Below the pieces are notes generated by a model. The model was not told the origin of the DNA. It saw only the letters and a list, made by a program, of their open reading frames with translations, and searched no databases. 64,000 bases of DNA, from the NCBI GenBank assembly GCA_016930055.1, contig JAFGHP010000091.1, positions 2,187 to 66,186 on the forward strand, read 5' to 3'. The position numbers were made by a program, and so were the translations under genes. This document shows, in pieces, positions 9,002-19,380 of this stretch. The DNA comes from Candidatus Bathyarchaeota archaeon. Lineage in GTDB: Archaea > Thermoproteota > Bathyarchaeia > TCS64. Position 1 is the stretch's first letter, and every line of letters starts with the position of its first letter.

Positions 9002-11227
9002 ATGGCTATTGATCAATTCTACAAAGCTGAAAGGCTTTATAGAGGCATGCCAATGGTTCGAACTACTGATGGCTATCTTGTACCTTGGGATAAAAACAGA
9101 ATTATTGAACAACTTCAAAGAGAAACAGCATTAGCTAAAACAATGTTTGATATGGAGCCTTTAAACGGGCTTAAAGCTGAAAAGGTAGCTAACGCTGTTG
9201 AGAAGCGTATCAGATTAATTAAACCAAAATATGTCTCTGGTCCTATGATTAGAGAAATTGTTAACAATGTTTTACTCGATTGGAGTGAACAGGAGGGTAT
9301 GCCTGAATTACAAATATATCGTAATATTCTTACTCGTGTTGGTGTACCCGTGCCTGATGCGTACGAAATTGACACAGGTACAGGATTTGAATCAAAAGAA
9401 AACGCTAACCTCCAACCTAATCCAGAGACGGTTCATAAGAAGAAAGCAGACAGGTTAAGCAAAGAACAATATCTCCTCTTAATGGATCCCACATTAGCTA
9501 CAGCACACCATCAAGGAGATATTCATATTCATACACTCGAATATTTTGGGTCCAGACCTTTTTGCCAAGATTGGGATCTCCGATATTTCCTTTATTATGG
9601 TTTGATACCTGATGGGTCAGGATTCCGTAGTAGTGTTGCAGGCCCAGCAAAACAACCCGAAGTAGCTATTTTACATAGTGTAAAAGTGCTTGCTGCAGGA
9701 CAAACAAACTTCAGTGGAGGCCAAGGGTTCATGTACTATACAATGTTCTTGGCACCCTTTTTAAGAGGTCTTCCGTATGAAAGGGTAAAACAACTTGCTC
9801 AAATGATGTTTTATGAACTTACTCAAACTTATGTTACTCGTGGAGGCCAATTAGTTTTTAGTAACATCCAACTTCCAATGGGAGTGCCAAAAATATGGCA
9901 AAATGTTCCAGTAGTAATGAAAGGTCGTGTTGGACCCGATACTTATGGAAGTTATGAAGATGAAGTTCAGACATTTTTCAGAGCAATAACAGAGGTTTCT
10001 TTGGAAGGTGATTTCTGGGGTAAACCCTTCAACTTCCCTAAAAACGAAAATTATGTTTCACCTGAATTCTTTAAACCAGAATATGATGACCTTTGGATGC
10101 TGGTTCATAAAAGTGTAGGTAAATTTGGTGCCCCCTATTTTGATAACATGCTTCCAACATATCGTGGTTATGGTAATGGAATAAGTTGCTACCAATGTTG
10201 CGCATATCAATTCGCTAACACACCACAAACTGATCCTAAATTTCATGAAAAATTGTATTTTGAGGAGGGGCAACATTTCAGCATGGGAGGATGGCAAGTA
10301 GTTTCAATTAACATGCCTCGTCTCGCATACCGAGCTAATGGTGATTATGATAAATTATTAGAAGCAGCTCAAGAAAATATGAGATTAGCCGTAGAAGTCT
10401 TTAAAGCAAAACAAAATTGGATGCATAAAGCAATCGATAATAAAATGGTTCCTTTTGCCACTCAAACTCCGCGTGACCCAGTAACAGGTAAACTTGCTCC
10501 ACCTGCTGTTGATTTCAGTGAGCTTGTAAGTGTAATAGGAGTTGTTGGTATAAATGAAATGTTACAACATTTCACTGGAAAAGAATTACATGAAAGTGAC
10601 GACTCAGTTCGAGTAGCTATTAAGCTGCTTCTAGATATGGAAAAATACCGAAAAGGACTTGAAATGAGAAATGGCTTCAAAATTATGTTAGCTAGAACTC
10701 CTGCAGAAAGTACTGCTCAAACTTTTGCTATCAGCGATTTAGTTTCACCACAATACAAAAAATATGCACAGAAAGTAGTAAAAGGTGATGTTGAAGGTAG
10801 TTTAGCTTTAGTGAAGGGAAAAAGAGATTTACCTGTATATTATAGCAATGGAACACATACATATGTAGGTGCAAAAATTTCTCTTGGCAAAAAATTGGAT
10901 ATTGAACACAAATTCTTCCCTATTTTAAGTGGAGGAAATATTTTCCATGCTTGGCTTGGAGAATCATGCAGTGACCCAGAAGCACTTTATAAATTAACAC
11001 AAAGGATTTGCAGAAATACCCAAATAGGTTACTTTAGCTATACTAAAGATCTTACAGTTTGTAGTAAATGTCAGTCTACAAACACAGGCTTACTACAAAA
11101 TTGTCCCACATGCGGATCAGACAGTGTTAAATGGTGGAGTCGAATTACTGGTTATTATACTGATGTTACGGGTTGGAATGAAGGAAAACGTCAAGAATTA
11201 ATGGATCGTTATAGAGTAACAATATAA
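9002..11227 (+). CDS. nrdD: Anaerobic ribonucleoside-triphosphate reductase, class III.
   Basis: The C-terminal glycyl-radical motif is SRITGYY. A Zn ribbon CSKCQ...CPTCGS and a CCAYQF segment are present. I prefer the ATG at 9002 over the TTG at 8963 chosen by the ORF tool. Confidence 0.9.
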   Translation: MAIDQFYKAERLYRGMPMVRTTDGYLVPWDKNRIIEQLQRETALAKTMFDMEPLNGLKAEKVANAVEKRIRLIKPKYVSGPMIREIVNNVLLDWSEQEGMPELQIYRNILTRVGVPVPDAYEIDTGTGFESKENANLQPNPETVHKKKADRLSKEQYLLLMDPTLATAHHQGDIHIHTLEYFGSRPFCQDWDLRYFLYYGLIPDGSGFRSSVAGPAKQPEVAILHSVKVLAAGQTNFSGGQGFMYYTMFLAPFLRGLPYERVKQLAQMMFYELTQTYVTRGGQLVFSNIQLPMGVPKIWQNVPVVMKGRVGPDTYGSYEDEVQTFFRAITEVSLEGDFWGKPFNFPKNENYVSPEFFKPEYDDLWMLVHKSVGKFGAPYFDNMLPTYRGYGNGISCYQCCAYQFANTPQTDPKFHEKLYFEEGQHFSMGGWQVVSINMPRLAYRANGDYDKLLEAAQENMRLAVEVFKAKQNWMHKAIDNKMVPFATQTPRDPVTGKLAPPAVDFSELVSVIGVVGINEMLQHFTGKELHESDDSVRVAIKLLLDMEKYRKGLEMRNGFKIMLARTPAESTAQTFAISDLVSPQYKKYAQKVVKGDVEGSLALVKGKRDLPVYYSNGTHTYVGAKISLGKKLDIEHKFFPILSGGNIFHAWLGESCSDPEALYKLTQRICRNTQIGYFSYTKDLTVCSKCQSTNTGLLQNCPTCGSDSVKWWSRITGYYTDVTGWNEGKRQELMDRYRVTI

Positions 11228-11280
11228 CTACATACACAACTTTTACTAACCAATAATAACATTTCATTTTATCGATTGAA

Positions 11281-12411
11281 TTGTTATATGCGGGTTTTAA
11301 TGTACAAGATCTACCTACACCAGTACTTCTTCTTGACTTGGAAAAATTTAATTGGAATATAGAGAAAATGTTTGCTTTCTCAAAAAAAGTTGGTGTAAAC
11401 ATACGTCCTCATGCTAAAACGTTCAAATCAGCTGCTATTTGTAACCGGCTCATAGAAGCAGGGGCAATTGGGATTATGACACAAAAGTTGAGTGAAGCAG
11501 ATGTATTATTGAACAGTGGAATACTTTATGGAAATAAGAATATATTAATTAGTCAAGAACTTACAGACCCTAGCAAAATAGAATGTTTAGTTGGATATAA
11601 TGTTGCTATGGAAGAGGGAAAAGTATTAACAAGTCTCGATGATTTACGTGAAGCTGAAATTATTAATAAAATAGCTGAACGTTGGGGTACAAAGCAGCAT
11701 GTTATTATAGAAATGAGTCATGGACGTTGTGGAACACCACCAGGACAACCAACAGTTGATTTAGCTAAGAAGATCCAAAAAATGCCTAGTCTCGTTTTTA
11801 GAGGTATTTATGGTTATGAAAATCCTGTAAAACAAGAAGTAGCATTACAAAGGAATAAACAAACAGTAGATACAGCTAATATGATACGTGAAGCAGGTAT
11901 TCCCGTAGAAATAGTAAGTGCTGGAAGTACAGCAACATATGAAGTTACTGGAACATACCCAGGGATAACCGAAATTGAACCGGGAAGCTTCGTTTTTGGG
12001 GTTGGCCCAGAAGGCTCAGGATACGGATGGAAGGCAGAAAATAACGTCTACTTCAAAAATAGTTTAAGTGTTCTTACTTCGATTATTAGCACCACTCATG
12101 AAGATAGAGTAGTAACTGACGCTGGTTCAAAAGTTTTTGGTGCACCAAACACAGGTGTGGTTCCTCCAGTTTTAGCTTACATGAATAACGAAAGAATAGG
12201 CTTTGAAAGAGCAGGATTCAGTGAAGAACACTGTACATTACAATTTAAGGAAGGTAGTGAAGAACGTAAAAAACTTCATTGGGGACAAAAAATTTCTTTA
12301 ACACCAAACCATTGCTGTACTACAGTTAACCAACACGAAAAAATATTTGTAATAAAAAACAACAAAGTAGTCACAGTGTGGCCAATCACTGCTCGCGGAA
12401 TGTATCTATAA
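11281..12411 (+). CDS. PLP-dependent enzyme of the D-serine dehydratase-like / D-threonine aldolase family, with an alanine-racemase-type domain.
   Basis: RPHAKTFK is the PLP-Lys motif. There is no in-frame ATG, so I take the TTG start. Confidence 0.7.
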   Translation: MLYAGFNVQDLPTPVLLLDLEKFNWNIEKMFAFSKKVGVNIRPHAKTFKSAAICNRLIEAGAIGIMTQKLSEADVLLNSGILYGNKNILISQELTDPSKIECLVGYNVAMEEGKVLTSLDDLREAEIINKIAERWGTKQHVIIEMSHGRCGTPPGQPTVDLAKKIQKMPSLVFRGIYGYENPVKQEVALQRNKQTVDTANMIREAGIPVEIVSAGSTATYEVTGTYPGITEIEPGSFVFGVGPEGSGYGWKAENNVYFKNSLSVLTSIISTTHEDRVVTDAGSKVFGAPNTGVVPPVLAYMNNERIGFERAGFSEEHCTLQFKEGSEERKKLHWGQKISLTPNHCCTTVNQHEKIFVIKNNKVVTVWPITARGMYL

Positions 12412-12454
12412 TAGCATTAATATCTAAATCAAACAATTTTAATTAGGAAACAAA

Positions 12455-12832
12455 ATGAATCCTTATGGTAGTATAACGTTTTTCTATTATAATGACTTGA
12501 AGAAAGCAAATGAATTTTATCAAAATAAGTTACAGTTTACTAAAGTTATTGATGTTGATTTTGCCCAAGTCTATAAAATTTGTGAAGGAGTACATGTTGG
12601 ACTCGTAGATGGTCAAAGGGGAAGTATTAGACCATCAATCGATAAACCAGTAATGTTGAGTCTCTTTGTACAAGATTTAAATGAATGGTATAAAAGAATC
12701 AAGGAAAAAGGAGTAGAAATTTCTAAACCGGTTGAACCTCCTTATTTGAAAATACGTGTTTCAATGTTTAAAGATCCAGAGGGGTATATTATAGAATTAT
12801 TAGAATGGATAATGAAGCCTTACGGTAAATAA
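12455..12832 (+). CDS. VOC/glyoxalase-family protein.
   Basis: Size and pattern fit a beta-alpha-beta-beta-beta module; the identification is heuristic. Confidence 0.6.
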   Translation: MNPYGSITFFYYNDLKKANEFYQNKLQFTKVIDVDFAQVYKICEGVHVGLVDGQRGSIRPSIDKPVMLSLFVQDLNEWYKRIKEKGVEISKPVEPPYLKIRVSMFKDPEGYIIELLEWIMKPYGK

Positions 12833-12878
12833 AACTATATAAACGAATCCTTTTTTTGGTCAAAATCTATTTTTAAGT

Positions 12879-13457
12879 ATGCAACTCTCAGGCAAATATA
12901 TTTTCAAATATTTAATCACTTTATTTGCCACAACATATTTTTTTTATATTATCCCCAGTAGCTGGATTGAACAATTGACAGCGGGGTCTTCGGTTTTTTT
13001 ATTACGCTTTTTTAATTTTAATTCTAATTGGTTATTTGAAGAGGGTATTACTTATTTAACATTAGAGGGACAACGTATGGTTTCCGTTATAATTATTCGT
13101 GAATGCACAGCACTAAATGTAATAGGAATAATGATTGGTTTAATTTTACCTTTAAAAGTTGGTTTATATCAAAAAACTAAGGGTATGGTTTTTTCAGTAG
13201 TAACATTATTTTTATTAAATATTCCTAGAATCGTCTTAACTTTATATTTGACAGCTTATGATGTTGCTCCTTTTACCTTATTAGACAATCGCAATCTTGA
13301 AACGTTTCATTATCCGATTAGCTTTCTATTTGGTGTAATAGGCGTAATCTTTGTTACACTATCGTTAAATCGATGGATTATTCCCGAACTTGGTGAAACT
13401 TTGATTGATTTTGTGAATTATTTTCAGATAAAATTATGTAATTATAACACTTCATAG
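12879..13457 (+). CDS. Exosortase/archaeosortase-family membrane protein, short form.
   Basis: Polytopic TM protein. IIIRECTALNVIG resembles the sortase Cys box, and Arg and Asn positions are present. Confidence 0.5.
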   Translation: MQLSGKYIFKYLITLFATTYFFYIIPSSWIEQLTAGSSVFLLRFFNFNSNWLFEEGITYLTLEGQRMVSVIIIRECTALNVIGIMIGLILPLKVGLYQKTKGMVFSVVTLFLLNIPRIVLTLYLTAYDVAPFTLLDNRNLETFHYPISFLFGVIGVIFVTLSLNRWIIPELGETLIDFVNYFQIKLCNYNTS

Positions 13458-13605
13458 AAAGTTCAAAAATAAATTTACTATTTAAATAATTCATCAGTAA
13501 TATACAATTCAGAATTATTATTTGAGATCGGTGTTAAAAATAATACAAACTCAATACACGTGATGCAGAACTGATTTATTCATACCTATGTAATATTGAT
13601 CTGAC

Positions 13606-14310
13606 ATGAATAAGGAAATTCAGGGGATCCTCTTTGATTTTGGGGGAACATTATATGACTATTATCCAGCGAATTCTGTCATTTGGTCACGTATAGCAAA
13701 AAGACTAGGCGCAGAAATCCCACCAGATGATCCACGTATTTGGATAGGGATGCGAAAACAATCTATTGAAGCTACTAAGCGAGCCAAGCCCTTTTCTACG
13801 CTGTCACGCGAAGAGATACACACATTGAATCTTCATGTCCTCGCTGCTATGGGTATTGACGAAAAAGGAACAATTGAAATAATTAGTGAGGAATTTAATA
13901 AAAGAGGACACGGATATCGGATCAATCCTGAAAGTAAAGAAACACTTGAAAAAATTTACTCAATTGGCCTAAAAATTGGCCTAGTATCTAATTGTCCTTC
14001 AAAATTTGGGAAACCTCGACGAATGATCATCGAAGAAGATGGAATATCACATTATTTTTGTGCAATAATTCTCTCGGGTGAAGTAGGATATGAAAAACCT
14101 GAAAAAGAGATTTTTAATATTGCATTAGACTCGCTTGGACTACATGACGCTTCAAAGGTCATGATCGTCGGGGATTCTCTTTTAGCTGACGTAATAGGTG
14201 CACAAAATGCTGGGTTAATTCCTGTTCTCTATGACCCATTGGGCTTTCACTCCGGAGAGAATGTTATTACGATCCAAAAATTATCAGAAATATTCAGGTA
14301 TCTGAAGTAA
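13606..14310 (+). CDS. HAD-superfamily hydrolase.
   Basis: FDFGGTL is the DxG motif I. VGDSLLADVIGAQNAG is motif IV. Confidence 0.8.
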   Translation: MNKEIQGILFDFGGTLYDYYPANSVIWSRIAKRLGAEIPPDDPRIWIGMRKQSIEATKRAKPFSTLSREEIHTLNLHVLAAMGIDEKGTIEIISEEFNKRGHGYRINPESKETLEKIYSIGLKIGLVSNCPSKFGKPRRMIIEEDGISHYFCAIILSGEVGYEKPEKEIFNIALDSLGLHDASKVMIVGDSLLADVIGAQNAGLIPVLYDPLGFHSGENVITIQKLSEIFRYLK

Positions 14311-14398
14311 TGTAGATTTGGATTTAGGGATTAAATGTTGAACCCTTTTTTAGATAAAATTATAAAGAATATTTTAGGTTTTAATTAATGAAAAGACA

Positions 14399-14701
14399 TT
14401 AAGTCTTTTTCTTGGAGGTCTTTTTGTCTGGTTGGAGAGTTATACTAATAACTGAGACGTTTCTTGTGCCGCCTGTATCTCCGGGAAGTTCTTCTGTTCC
14501 TATTTCGATTATAGGTTTACTTACTCCAGAGAGGAATTTGTTTCTGCATATCTCAGCGACGTCTACAGCACTACTTATTGCTTGACCTCGTGCTTTCAAA
14601 ACAACTCCTTCTCCACCATTAGTATTGTATGCGGTTAGTACTGCAAGTACATAATTCATGGCTGGTTTGTTACCGATGTAAATGATGCTTTCTTCACTCA
14701 T
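14399..14701 (-). CDS. alba: Alba DNA/RNA-binding protein.
   Basis: [16 protein letters not shown]...[19 protein letters not shown] is the Alba signature. Confidence 0.9.
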   Translation of the reverse strand: MSEESIIYIGNKPAMNYVLAVLTAYNTNGGEGVVLKARGQAISSAVDVAEICRNKFLSGVSKPIIEIGTEELPGDTGGTRNVSVISITLQPDKKTSKKKT

Positions 14702-14855
14702 AAAGTATCATTTTAGTTTTACCTATTAGATATAAAAATGTTCAGACAAAAAGAAGCAAAATAATAAAGAATATCTGAAAAACCCATTTAAACAAATGGT
14801 TTTAATCAAGTTTTTCGTAAGGTTAACATGCTTAATTAATAATAATAAAATAGTG

Positions 14856-15458
14856 ATGAGTATGTTTCAGAGAATAACAACATATTTTGAAGAAGGCGGA
14901 AATGAAAATACAGAGGAAACAATTAATGCAACTATTAAGGCATTAAAAGAATTAGAGATTAAGAAAGTTGTAGTAGCAAGTACAAGTGGTGATTCTGGTG
15001 TTAAAGTCGCTGAATCTTTAAAAAATTTTGATATAAAAGTAATAGTGGTTGGTCATCAATATGGTTTCACAACCCCTCCTCAGAAATTCAAAACTGAAAA
15101 TTTAAAACGTTTAAAAGAATTGGGGGCTGAAGTATATCTTGGTTCAGATGTCTTAACTAATAGTATAAGACAAAGAGAACGTCTTGGTCATAGTAGCTTG
15201 AGTATAATAACTCAAATTTTATCTACTTTAAAATTAAAAGTTAACATTGAAATAGTATTAAAAGCAACTGACGCAGGTCTATTATCTCCTGGTGAAAGAT
15301 GCGTTAGTTTAGCTGGAAGCCATTCTGGTTTAGATACTTCAGTAGTTTTTGATGCAAACCAAACAGCAAACATACTAGAAATTAAAATGAGAGAAATCAT
15401 TGCTATACCTATTACTAGAGAAAAAGCGAATGCAACATATATGCAAAACAGAAAATAA
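14856..15458 (+). CDS. Conserved hypothetical protein, possibly pyruvate-kinase C-terminal alpha/beta-domain-like.
   Basis: ORF only. The tool's start at 14796 adds a hydrophobic leader, and the internal Met at about 14856 is the more likely start. Confidence 0.4.
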   Translation: MSMFQRITTYFEEGGNENTEETINATIKALKELEIKKVVVASTSGDSGVKVAESLKNFDIKVIVVGHQYGFTTPPQKFKTENLKRLKELGAEVYLGSDVLTNSIRQRERLGHSSLSIITQILSTLKLKVNIEIVLKATDAGLLSPGERCVSLAGSHSGLDTSVVFDANQTANILEIKMREIIAIPITREKANATYMQNRK

Positions 15459-15558
15459 TAATAAAATCACTAAAATAAGTGATGTCAGAATAAACAAGAA
15501 ATCAATTTTTTAAAAATTTTAAGTTAAAAGTTTTATTCAGTAAGAATATAAATAGATT

Positions 15559-16011
15559 ATGTTAATTGAAGAGAAGTTAATTCAACTCGGATTAAAACTA
15601 CCAGAACCGCCCGACCCAAAAGGTAACTATGTTGGTACAAAATTTGCAGGAAACACTGCTTATAGTTGTGGTCAAGGACCTTTTTCAACTACTAAAAGGG
15701 GTTTAATAGGAAGAGATCTTACACTAGATGAAGGCTATAAAGCAGCTCAAGAAACTTGTTTAAATTGTCTTGCTCAACTAAAGAAGCATTTAGGTAGTTT
15801 AGATCGAATCAAGCAAATTCTTCATGTAGTTGGCTATATCAATAGTGCAGAAGGTTTTATGGATCAACCAAAAGTATTGAATGGGTACACTGATCTTTTA
15901 GTTAAATTATATGGAGATCCTGAAGGAAAACCAGCAAGAGCAGCGATACCTGTTCATCATCCAGGTTGGATAGCTGTAGAAGCTTATATGGTCGTTGAAT
16001 TGGTTAATTGA
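15559..16011 (+). CDS. RidA/YjgF-family protein.
   Basis: The N-terminal P.P.G.Y...G...Y.SGQ pattern and the C-terminal PARAAIPV...VEA pattern both fit. Confidence 0.65.
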   Translation: MLIEEKLIQLGLKLPEPPDPKGNYVGTKFAGNTAYSCGQGPFSTTKRGLIGRDLTLDEGYKAAQETCLNCLAQLKKHLGSLDRIKQILHVVGYINSAEGFMDQPKVLNGYTDLLVKLYGDPEGKPARAAIPVHHPGWIAVEAYMVVELVN

Positions 16012-16305
16012 AAAATTTATTAATATTAAATATTTTTTAAAATGTGTTAAAATATGAGATGATTAATCCGCTCTTTAATTAAACCTATTTCACAAAGATA
16101 TAGGGGATATAGTCCAATAATGGGTAGTTTTTTAAATGATTTGAACAAAATAGAAGAATACTTATAACAAAGAAATATTTCTGAAGCAAAGGTCTCAACT
16201 TCTAATCTCTAAAATTTATTGAATCAATATAGAGAACATATATTTGATTTATTAAACAAATTCGATAAAATAAAATAGAAATAGATGAATTGATATAAAA
16301 TTTTT

Positions 16306-16608
16306 TTATCTTCTCTGCATGCCATTAGCAATCATTAACAAAGCTATAACAATTAGGAACAATGGCCATAACTTATCCCATGATAACCACGGATATACAT
16401 CACCTAATAAGGAAGCGACTCCAATTAATAAAATGAATACACCAATAATTATTGTCCAAGTAGTACCTGATCTTCCACCGAAACAAACATCATTTTGATC
16501 ATATCTCCTTGTTTGACGATAAGATTGTGGAGTTAATGAGGCTCCACAGTTACTACAATTTAATGCATCATCAGGATTTTCTTTTCCACATTTTGTACAG
16601 TATACCAT
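16306..16608 (-). CDS. Zinc-ribbon membrane protein.
   Basis: N-terminal CTKCG...CSNCG ribbon followed by two TM helices. It is the last gene of the rSAM operon. Confidence 0.5.
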   Translation of the reverse strand: MVYCTKCGKENPDDALNCSNCGASLTPQSYRQTRRYDQNDVCFGGRSGTTWTIIIGVFILLIGVASLLGDVYPWLSWDKLWPLFLIVIALLMIANGMQRR

Positions 16609-16657
16609 TTCGTATCATATGGTATGAATTAACATCTCTTATGAAAAGATTACTACT

Positions 16658-17317
16658 TTAATCATCTTTAATAAAAGACTCTGCACATTTTAAACCACAA
16701 TTGGTACATATTTTTATATGTTCTTCATTAGAAAGGATTATTCTTGTTAATATAAGAAAAACGGTTAAAGCTAGAAAATAAGCTTCAACAAATACATTGC
16801 TTAATAAAACTTCAGTACCTAATAACGTTAGAAAAGCACCGATCACAAAACCAACATTCAAGAAAAAATGTAAAAAAGGATTATCGCTATCGATTTGATA
16901 TTGAAGTAGGCCAAACAATATTAAAAAAGAACCTAATAAAGGGTATATAAATCCAGACTCTATGTTGAATTTTTTTATTATTAAAAACAAACTTAAAATT
17001 ATTGAAATTGTTCCACCAGTTGCTAAACCTAAACAACCAGCACAATATTTTTTCCCAATAATTTTTATGGTATGCGAAAAAAAATATTGACAGTTTGGAT
17101 GATGACCTGAGTAATTTATATTACTTCTAATAATAACTCCTTTCGACAAAGAAGGATAAAATGCTAAAATAGTTCCAATCATGCAAATTAAGATAAAAAT
17201 AATCCAAATTATTTGTCTTTCAAATAATGGACTAACTAAATATTTGTTATTAAACAACATTATCCAAAGAAGTAGTAATCCAGATATTGAGATAGCTAAC
17301 GATTGTTTTCCTCTCAA
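16658..17317 (-). CDS. DUF2085-like polytopic membrane protein with conserved Cys/His motifs.
   Basis: HHPNCQYFFSH and CAGCLGLATGG are conserved. There is a C-terminal CTNCGLKC box. Confidence 0.5.
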   Translation of the reverse strand: MRGKQSLAISISGLLLLWIMLFNNKYLVSPLFERQIIWIIFILICMIGTILAFYPSLSKGVIIRSNINYSGHHPNCQYFFSHTIKIIGKKYCAGCLGLATGGTISIILSLFLIIKKFNIESGFIYPLLGSFLILFGLLQYQIDSDNPFLHFFLNVGFVIGAFLTLLGTEVLLSNVFVEAYFLALTVFLILTRIILSNEEHIKICTNCGLKCAESFIKDD

Positions 17318-17318
17318 A

Positions 17319-17888
17319 TTACTTCATCTTCAAGATTTTTTCTTTAATTAGTCTAGTAAAATTAGGTACAATAAATGGTGTCTGGTGTTTATAGATTCTA
17401 TATTCTTCACCAAAACGAACTTCAAGATGGGGTTCTTCTCGTAACTTTACTATTAATATGTTTAACATAACTATTGTTAATGGAATAATAATTGACATTG
17501 TTAATGATTGAAACATGATTCCCATACCACACGGCAGCATTGAATAACCTAAAATCATTGGATTACGAGTATAAGCATAAAGGCCTGTAGTCACTAACTT
17601 TTTTGATTGAGAATTACTCTGCAACTCTCCCCAAGGTAGCCCATAACCTAAGTTATACAATAAACGTGTTGATTTAAGTCCAATAAATAACCCTGAAAAA
17701 AAAATTAATGTACCAAATATTAAATTATAAGGAAAATTCGGAAATTTTGGTAATCTAAATAATTCATCTAAAAAAGAACCTAATGAAAAAGTGATTATTG
17801 GAGCAAAAACAAATATTAAAAGATAAAGAATTAGCGTACTTTTTTTAATTTTAGGTAATTCCATAGAATTTATACGCATATTCTTCAA
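17319..17888 (-). CDS. Isoprenylcysteine carboxyl / phospholipid methyltransferase-family (ICMT/PEMT) membrane methyltransferase.
   Basis: LVTTGLYAYTRNPMILG...EEPHLEVRFGEEYRIYKHQTP is the ICMT signature. Confidence 0.7.
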   Translation of the reverse strand: MKNMRINSMELPKIKKSTLILYLLIFVFAPIITFSLGSFLDELFRLPKFPNFPYNLIFGTLIFFSGLFIGLKSTRLLYNLGYGLPWGELQSNSQSKKLVTTGLYAYTRNPMILGYSMLPCGMGIMFQSLTMSIIIPLTIVMLNILIVKLREEPHLEVRFGEEYRIYKHQTPFIVPNFTRLIKEKILKMK

Positions 17889-17889
17889 C

Positions 17890-19332
17890 CTAGAATAAAT
17901 TCTGTAATCTTGTGATAATAGCTTGTTTAGCTAAGTATTGATAAGTACGACGTACATATAAGTTATCAGATGTAATTCCTCGGTATCTTCTTGACCAATT
18001 TCCGAAAAAATCATTATAACAGCGATGTAATTCCTCTTGAACTTCATTTCGAGAAAGTGTTTCTGTAGGCATTATAGCATGTATCATATCATAGTTTGCC
18101 CAATTTTTATCTTCAATCCAATTATTTTGTTTTGCTTTTTCAAATATTTCTGTGCCAGGATAGGGGGTTAGAACCATAAAAGTAGCTAAATCAGGATCTA
18201 ACCAATCAGCATAATCTCTTAAAATTTGTATTGATTCTTTTGTATCTTTTCTATTTCCGATTATAAAAGTTCCTTGACTAAATATACCATTTTTTCTAAG
18301 TAATTCAACGGTTTCTTTTGCTACGGATTTATTAATACCAGTTCTTCTAAACGCTTTTAAAATATCAGTATCAGAAGTATCAAAACCTAATAACATCCAT
18401 ACATTACCAGATTTTCTTATTTTAGGTAACAATTCAGAGTTTTTAATTATATCATCGCACCTAGCTTGGCAGAACCATGATATTTCTAATCCTCTTTCAA
18501 GAATTAAATCACAAATTTTACTTGTTCTTTTATCTAAAGTAAAGTAATCGTCAGTAAACCAAAAAAATTTGCTACCAAACTGGGTATATATCTTTTCAAT
18601 TTCGTCAACAATCCTTTCAGGTGATTTTTGTCTATGGGTCTGTTTCCAAAAAGGTGATTGAGTACAGTAAGTACAATTATAACTGCATCCTCTTGATCCC
18701 TCAATTATTGCAAATGGTACACTTTTATCAGCCATTAAAGAGAAATAATATCCATTCATATGTTTTTTAACAAAATGGTAACCAGGATAAGGTAAAGAGT
18801 TAAGATCAGGTATTAATGGTCTGTCAGGTGTACTAATAATTTCATTATTTAATCTATAAGTGATTCCTAAAACATCCTTTTTTTCTTTACCGTTTTTAAT
18901 CATTTCAATAACTTCTTTTAAGGTCTCTTCTCCTTCACCACGAATAATATAATCAATTTCAGGATATGTTTCAAGACTTTCTTCAGGCAAAGCAGAGAAA
19001 TGTTGTCCACCTACAATTGTGATTATTTTGGGATCAATTTTTTTTGCTATCTGTGCTACTCTAGCTGATAAATAGACATTACATGTTGAAAGCCCACTTG
19101 GAGCAATAACATCTGGTTTCTCTGATTTTATTTTATTTTCTAAATCAGTCCAATTAAAGCCTTCAGCTTGGCTATCAATAACTTTGATATCGACATCATT
19201 ACATTTTTCTTCTAAATATGCAGCTAAAGTTAAAATTCCAAAAGGGGGAGGAATATATTGACCCATAACAAACCAAAAATCCTTTGGTGGTTCAATGAAA
19301 AGGACTCTCAATATTTTACACCTAATATACAT
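17890..19332 (-). CDS. B12-binding-domain radical SAM protein, class B.
   Basis: An N-terminal cobalamin-binding Rossmann domain is followed by the EGSRGCSYNCTYC CxxxCxxC motif. Confidence 0.85.
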   Translation of the reverse strand: MYIRCKILRVLFIEPPKDFWFVMGQYIPPPFGILTLAAYLEEKCNDVDIKVIDSQAEGFNWTDLENKIKSEKPDVIAPSGLSTCNVYLSARVAQIAKKIDPKIITIVGGQHFSALPEESLETYPEIDYIIRGEGEETLKEVIEMIKNGKEKKDVLGITYRLNNEIISTPDRPLIPDLNSLPYPGYHFVKKHMNGYYFSLMADKSVPFAIIEGSRGCSYNCTYCTQSPFWKQTHRQKSPERIVDEIEKIYTQFGSKFFWFTDDYFTLDKRTSKICDLILERGLEISWFCQARCDDIIKNSELLPKIRKSGNVWMLLGFDTSDTDILKAFRRTGINKSVAKETVELLRKNGIFSQGTFIIGNRKDTKESIQILRDYADWLDPDLATFMVLTPYPGTEIFEKAKQNNWIEDKNWANYDMIHAIMPTETLSRNEVQEELHRCYNDFFGNWSRRYRGITSDNLYVRRTYQYLAKQAIITRLQNLF

Positions 19333-19380
19333 TAATCAAGATATTTTCACACAATAAATGTTTCCAGATAACCTAAGTAG

